From an uncultured Clostridia bacterium (GTDB lineage: Bacteria > Bacillota > Clostridia > Christensenellales > UBA1242): a stretch of DNA of 39,905 nucleotides. The notes below the pieces were generated by a model. It saw only the letters and a program-made list of their open reading frames with translations, did no database searches and was not told the DNA's origin. How positions within the stretch are numbered: the first letter of the stretch is position 1; each line of letters opens with the position of its first letter. Shown piece by piece: positions 36,425-39,905 of this stretch. The DNA is taken from positions 1-39,905 of the forward strand of contig CALVZW010000003.1 in assembly GCA_944372675.1 (NCBI GenBank), read 5' to 3'. A program made the position numbers and the translations under genes.

Positions 36425-38392
36425 TTATTTAATTTTCTTCAATTTATCAAATTCATCAGGTTCTTTGTTAAAGTTTGCGTATTCCGATATATATTGCTTT
36501 CTTGACTCAATGTCATCACCCATTAAAGTAGTTATTAATTTTTCAGCCTCAGCAGCATCTTCAATTGATACTCTAATCATAGTTCTATTTTTAGGGTCCA
36601 TTGTAGTTTCCCATAGTTGTTCAGGGTTCATTTCACCAAGACCTTTATATCTTTGAATATCATATCCCTTACCAAATTCGTCAGCATATTGTCTTAACTG
36701 GTCATCAGAGTAAGCATATTTAACTTCGTTTTTCTTAGATATTTTGTATAAAGGTGGCACTCCTATATAGACATGTCCATCTATGATTAGTTGTTTCATA
36801 TATCTATAAAAGAATGTCAAAAGAATAGACCTTATGTGTGCACCGTCTTGGTCAGCATCTGCTAATATGATAACTTTATCAAATTTCAAACTTTCTACAT
36901 CAAAATCATCACCAATGCCTGCACCCAATGCTGTTATGATTGAACGGAATTCGTCATTTTGCAAAACTTGTTCCAATCTTTTCTTTTCAACATTTAGTGG
37001 CTTTCCTCTTAGTGGCAATATTGCTTGAAAAGACCTATCTCTGCCCATCTTAGCACTACCGCCAGCACTATCACCTTCAACAATATATAATTCATTCTTT
37101 TTAGCATCTCGCCCACTACACGAAGCAAGTTTACCTATTAAAGCAGTAACTTCAAGACTATTCTTTGCCCTTGTAATTTCTTTAGCCTTTTTTGATGCTA
37201 ATCTCGCACTCGCCGCTAATTTGCCTTTGTTAATAATTGCTTCCAAAATCTTTTTATTATCTGCCTTTTCCATAATGGCTAGCAAATGCGTATATACTAA
37301 ATTATCAACTTCAGTTTTGGCTTCAGGATTACCAAGTTTTGTCTTTGTTTGTCCTTCAAACTGAACATTCTTCATTTTAATAGATAAAACCGCTGTAATG
37401 CCTTCACGGTAATCTTCACCCATTAAATTAGTATCTTTTTCTTTTAGCAACCCCGCTTCTCTACCCGCTTCATTAAATACTTTAGTTAAAGCAGTCTTAA
37501 ATCCTGTCTCGTGCGTTCCACCTTCACTGGTTGAAATATTGTTTACATAACTAAAAATGTTTTCAACATAAGCATCAGTGTATTGAATTGCACATTCAAG
37601 TTTTACAATGTCAGATTGTGCTTCAAAATAAATTGGAGTTGAATATAAAGCATTTTTGCCTTCGTTTAAATAAGAAACAAAGTCTTTAATACCGCCGTCA
37701 TACTTGTAAATTCGTTTTAAGCAAGAACCATCTTCATTAATTACATTTTCATCAATTAATTCAATAGTTGCACCTTTGTTTAAAAATGCGTATTCTTTTA
37801 ATCTTTTTGCAATAACTTCGCCACTAAAATTAATCGTTTCAAAAATGCGTGCATCAGGTTTAAAATGAACAAAAGTACCCTTGTCGGAAGTACTCCCTAA
37901 ACAACGCAAAGGACTCTTAACCGTTCCACCAAGAATTTTACCTTTTGAATTTGGAACTGAATGAAATTGTATTTTATATTTTTTACCATTCCTATTAGTA
38001 ATTACATCCAACCATTCACTTAAAGCATTTGTAACGGATGCACCCACTCCGTGCAAACCGCCCGAAAAAGCATAGTTATCATTGTTAAACTTTCCGCCTG
38101 CGTGTAATTGCGTAAATACAACTTCAACACCAGATATTCCTAATTGTGGATGTTTATCAACAGGTATACCTCTACCATTATCTTCAACTGAAACCGTACC
38201 GTCTTTATATAAAGTAACAATAATTTTATTACCATAACCATTGGCAATTTCATCCATTGAATTATCTACTATTTCCCATAGTAAGTGATGAAGTCCTTTT
38301 GCACTAGTCGTACCAATATACATACCAGGGCGTAATCTAACCGCCTCAAGACCTTCCAAAACAACTATATCTTTTGAATTATACTCTTTCAA
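36425..38392 (-). CDS. parE: Type IIA topoisomerase subunit B (ParE-like)
   Basis: EIVDNSMDE, DNGRGIP, GGLHGVGAS, EGDSAGG, PLRGK, DADQDG, RYKGLGEM; TTG start after GGAGG. ParE versus GyrB is inferred from the partner gene. Confidence 0.8.
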   Translation of the reverse strand: MKEYNSKDIVVLEGLEAVRLRPGMYIGTTSAKGLHHLLWEIVDNSMDEIANGYGNKIIVTLYKDGTVSVEDNGRGIPVDKHPQLGISGVEVVFTQLHAGGKFNNDNYAFSGGLHGVGASVTNALSEWLDVITNRNGKKYKIQFHSVPNSKGKILGGTVKSPLRCLGSTSDKGTFVHFKPDARIFETINFSGEVIAKRLKEYAFLNKGATIELIDENVINEDGSCLKRIYKYDGGIKDFVSYLNEGKNALYSTPIYFEAQSDIVKLECAIQYTDAYVENIFSYVNNISTSEGGTHETGFKTALTKVFNEAGREAGLLKEKDTNLMGEDYREGITAVLSIKMKNVQFEGQTKTKLGNPEAKTEVDNLVYTHLLAIMEKADNKKILEAIINKGKLAASARLASKKAKEITRAKNSLEVTALIGKLASCSGRDAKKNELYIVEGDSAGGSAKMGRDRSFQAILPLRGKPLNVEKKRLEQVLQNDEFRSIITALGAGIGDDFDVESLKFDKVIILADADQDGAHIRSILLTFFYRYMKQLIIDGHVYIGVPPLYKISKKNEVKYAYSDDQLRQYADEFGKGYDIQRYKGLGEMNPEQLWETTMDPKNRTMIRVSIEDAAEAEKLITTLMGDDIESRKQYISEYANFNKEPDEFDKLKKIK

Positions 38393-38421
38393 AGCCTAAC
38401 CTCCAAAAACATAACAAAGTG

Positions 38422-38449
38422 ATTATATCATATTTTGGACTATTTGCAA
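38422..38449 (-). promoter_or_regulatory. sigmaA-type promoter of the topoisomerase operon
   Basis: TTGCAA-16-TATAAT with TG extended -10. Confidence 0.6.
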
Positions 38450-38776
38450 AAAGATTTAACACACATTTTTTGCAATTTATATTTAAAAATTTTGTTATAC
38501 TTAATTTGGAAAAATTTGTTAATTTATTATTTTAAATAAAATATAAGTAAAATTTTACATATAAATTACATAAATAAAACGAAAAACATTGCCATTTATC
38601 TAAACAAAGGAATAATGATTTATTCATAGCATAATTTTTTTATTAGCAAAATTTAAAACTAAAAATTTAAAAAAATTTATAATTTCACTAAATATATTGA
38701 TTTCACTAAATTATCATTATAAAATGTCCTATTTTAAATTTTATTTTGATAAATATTTATAATAAATAATCAAATT

Positions 38777-38810
38777 AAAAAATGCTTATGATAGCATATA
38801 CCATAAGCAC
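38777..38810 (-). terminator. Intrinsic terminator of the surface protein gene
   Basis: Minus strand GUGCUUAUGGUA-UAUGC-UAUCAUAAGCAU-UUUUU. Confidence 0.75.
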
Positions 38811-38850
38811 TAAAAAATTTTTCCTTTATATCTTTAAAATAATCAATTAA

Positions 38851-39905
38851 TTATATCACAACACTAATGTTAGGTATTCCACCTCCAGTTATGGTTATAG
38901 TGTGACTCATATTAATATCATTCGGTGTTGTAAACACATAATAATCATTTATTGTACTTCCATTCCCACCATAAGTAATACCCCAAGTATATGGTCGAGA
39001 AACTGTTATTGTGTATGTTGTATTCTTTTCTAACTCTAGTTTTATTGTAGTTGTTCCCGAAACCGCAATTTGTTGCACATCTGTATAATTATCTTTTGTT
39101 CCATTTAAGATATTAAATATTATATGTCTGTCGAAATTTGTTGGCACATCTAATGTAATTGTTATTGTTGTTGTGCAAGTCAATTTCTCCCATACTGCAT
39201 ATAAATTTATTACCCCATTATGTGTTGTAGTTAAATTTTGTACCACCTGATTATTACCATAAACTACACCACCGTTTGTTGTTGTTGCCCAACCTTTAAA
39301 CTGATAGTACTTATACGCAAATGTGTTTACCGTTAATGCCTTTTGCTCATTGTAAGTAAATGTTAGGTCAGCCATACTACTTGCACCTGTTGAAATTGCT
39401 CCATTTGGTGCGTTAGCATTAAATTTTACCGTGTATGTATTTATTGTCCATTGTGCAGTTAGCGTTAAATTACTATTGCCACTATATGTTGCACCTGCAT
39501 CATAGTTGTTACTATCATTACCGCTCCAATGCGTAAAATGATATCCCGTTTTTGTAAAACTAAAACTACTATTAGTTATATCTAAAATTGTTGCAGGGGT
39601 TCCGCTGTTTATTAATGCAGTTGTATATGGATTACCTGTTGCACCATCTCCCGCATAATATGTAATCTTATAACCTTTTTCAACCATATTTGCAACTACA
39701 TTTAAATCACTTGTAATATTATTTACTACAACAACTACACTACCATTATTTATGTGATATGAAAATTTACAATTATTTGTTGTGTAAAATGTATTTTGTT
39801 CTTTTCCACTTAATAATATTGTTTCATTATTATTAAATGTAAGAGAATTTAATTCATAATTATCTGTATTAAATGTATATGTTATTGTTGCAGTACCAGA
39901 ATCTT
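38851..39905 (-). CDS. InlB B-repeat (Listeria-Bacteroides repeat) surface protein, 5' end outside the window
   Basis: Two repeats: ITYYAGDG..FTKTGYHFTHW..LTLTAQW and YTVKFNAN..YYQFKGW..INLYAVW. The frame has no stop from 39687 to the window edge, so the listed ATG is internal. Confidence 0.85.
   Translation of the reverse strand, partial: DSGTATITYTFNTDNYELNSLTFNNNETILLSGKEQNTFYTTNNCKFSYHINNGSVVVVVNNITSDLNVVANMVEKGYKITYYAGDGATGNPYTTALINSGTPATILDITNSSFSFTKTGYHFTHWSGNDSNNYDAGATYSGNSNLTLTAQWTINTYTVKFNANAPNGAISTGASSMADLTFTYNEQKALTVNTFAYKYYQFKGWATTTNGGVVYGNNQVVQNLTTTHNGVINLYAVWEKLTCTTTITITLDVPTNFDRHIIFNILNGTKDNYTDVQQIAVSGTTTIKLELEKNTTYTITVSRPYTWGITYGGNGSTINDYYVFTTPNDINMSHTITITGGGIPNISVVI

Noticed and set aside
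38682-38711. Direct repeat ATTTCACTAAAT x2 (18-bp period)
   Set aside because: Only two copies in extremely AT-rich DNA, ~250 bp from the nearest promoter; not CRISPR-like and plausibly chance.
39685-39687. ATG start of the 278-aa ORF
   Set aside because: No RBS, and the frame stays open to the window edge, so this is an internal Met.
1-39905. CRISPR array, IS, prophage or defence island
   Set aside because: No repeat-spacer periodicity, transposase, integrase, phage structural or known defence genes recognised.

Overview
Very AT-rich (roughly a quarter G+C by eye) chromosomal segment of a spore-forming Firmicute, most likely a Clostridia-class organism (inferred from gene content and synteny). 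It is core genome: no CRISPR array, transposase, integrase or rRNA is visible. Contents: cvpA, a lgt-membrane protein-DivIVA-like operon, pdaB-ssb, a split YtlA/C/D-type ABC transporter, an Ord/DapB-like dehydrogenase, aprX, slt/ylbJ, DUF4364-TIGR03905, pgsA, tRNA-Glu(CTC), spoIIIAA-AE (AF-AH absent), the rimP-nusA-ylxR-infB-rbfA-nrnA-truB cluster, ruvX-DUF1292, hpf, mtaD, a parE-parC-like type IIA topoisomerase pair and the 3' part of an InlB-B-repeat surface protein gene. The most striking item is the topoisomerase A subunit. It has a ~230-aa acidic low-complexity N-terminal extension with two diverged repeats ending in beta-clamp-binding-like motifs (QMSIF, QLDLF), plus a second in-frame RBS/ATG that could make a tail-less isoform. 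This suggests a clamp-tethered topoisomerase IV. Other highlights are a 12-Cys/7-His metallothionein-like tail on the Ord-like enzyme, a 44-aa ORF missed by the ORF track with forespore-type signals, a divergent pair of apparently leaderless sigmaE-type genes, and a perfect sigmaA promoter in front of infB where ylxQ normally lies. All family calls are from motif recognition by eye; no database searches were run.
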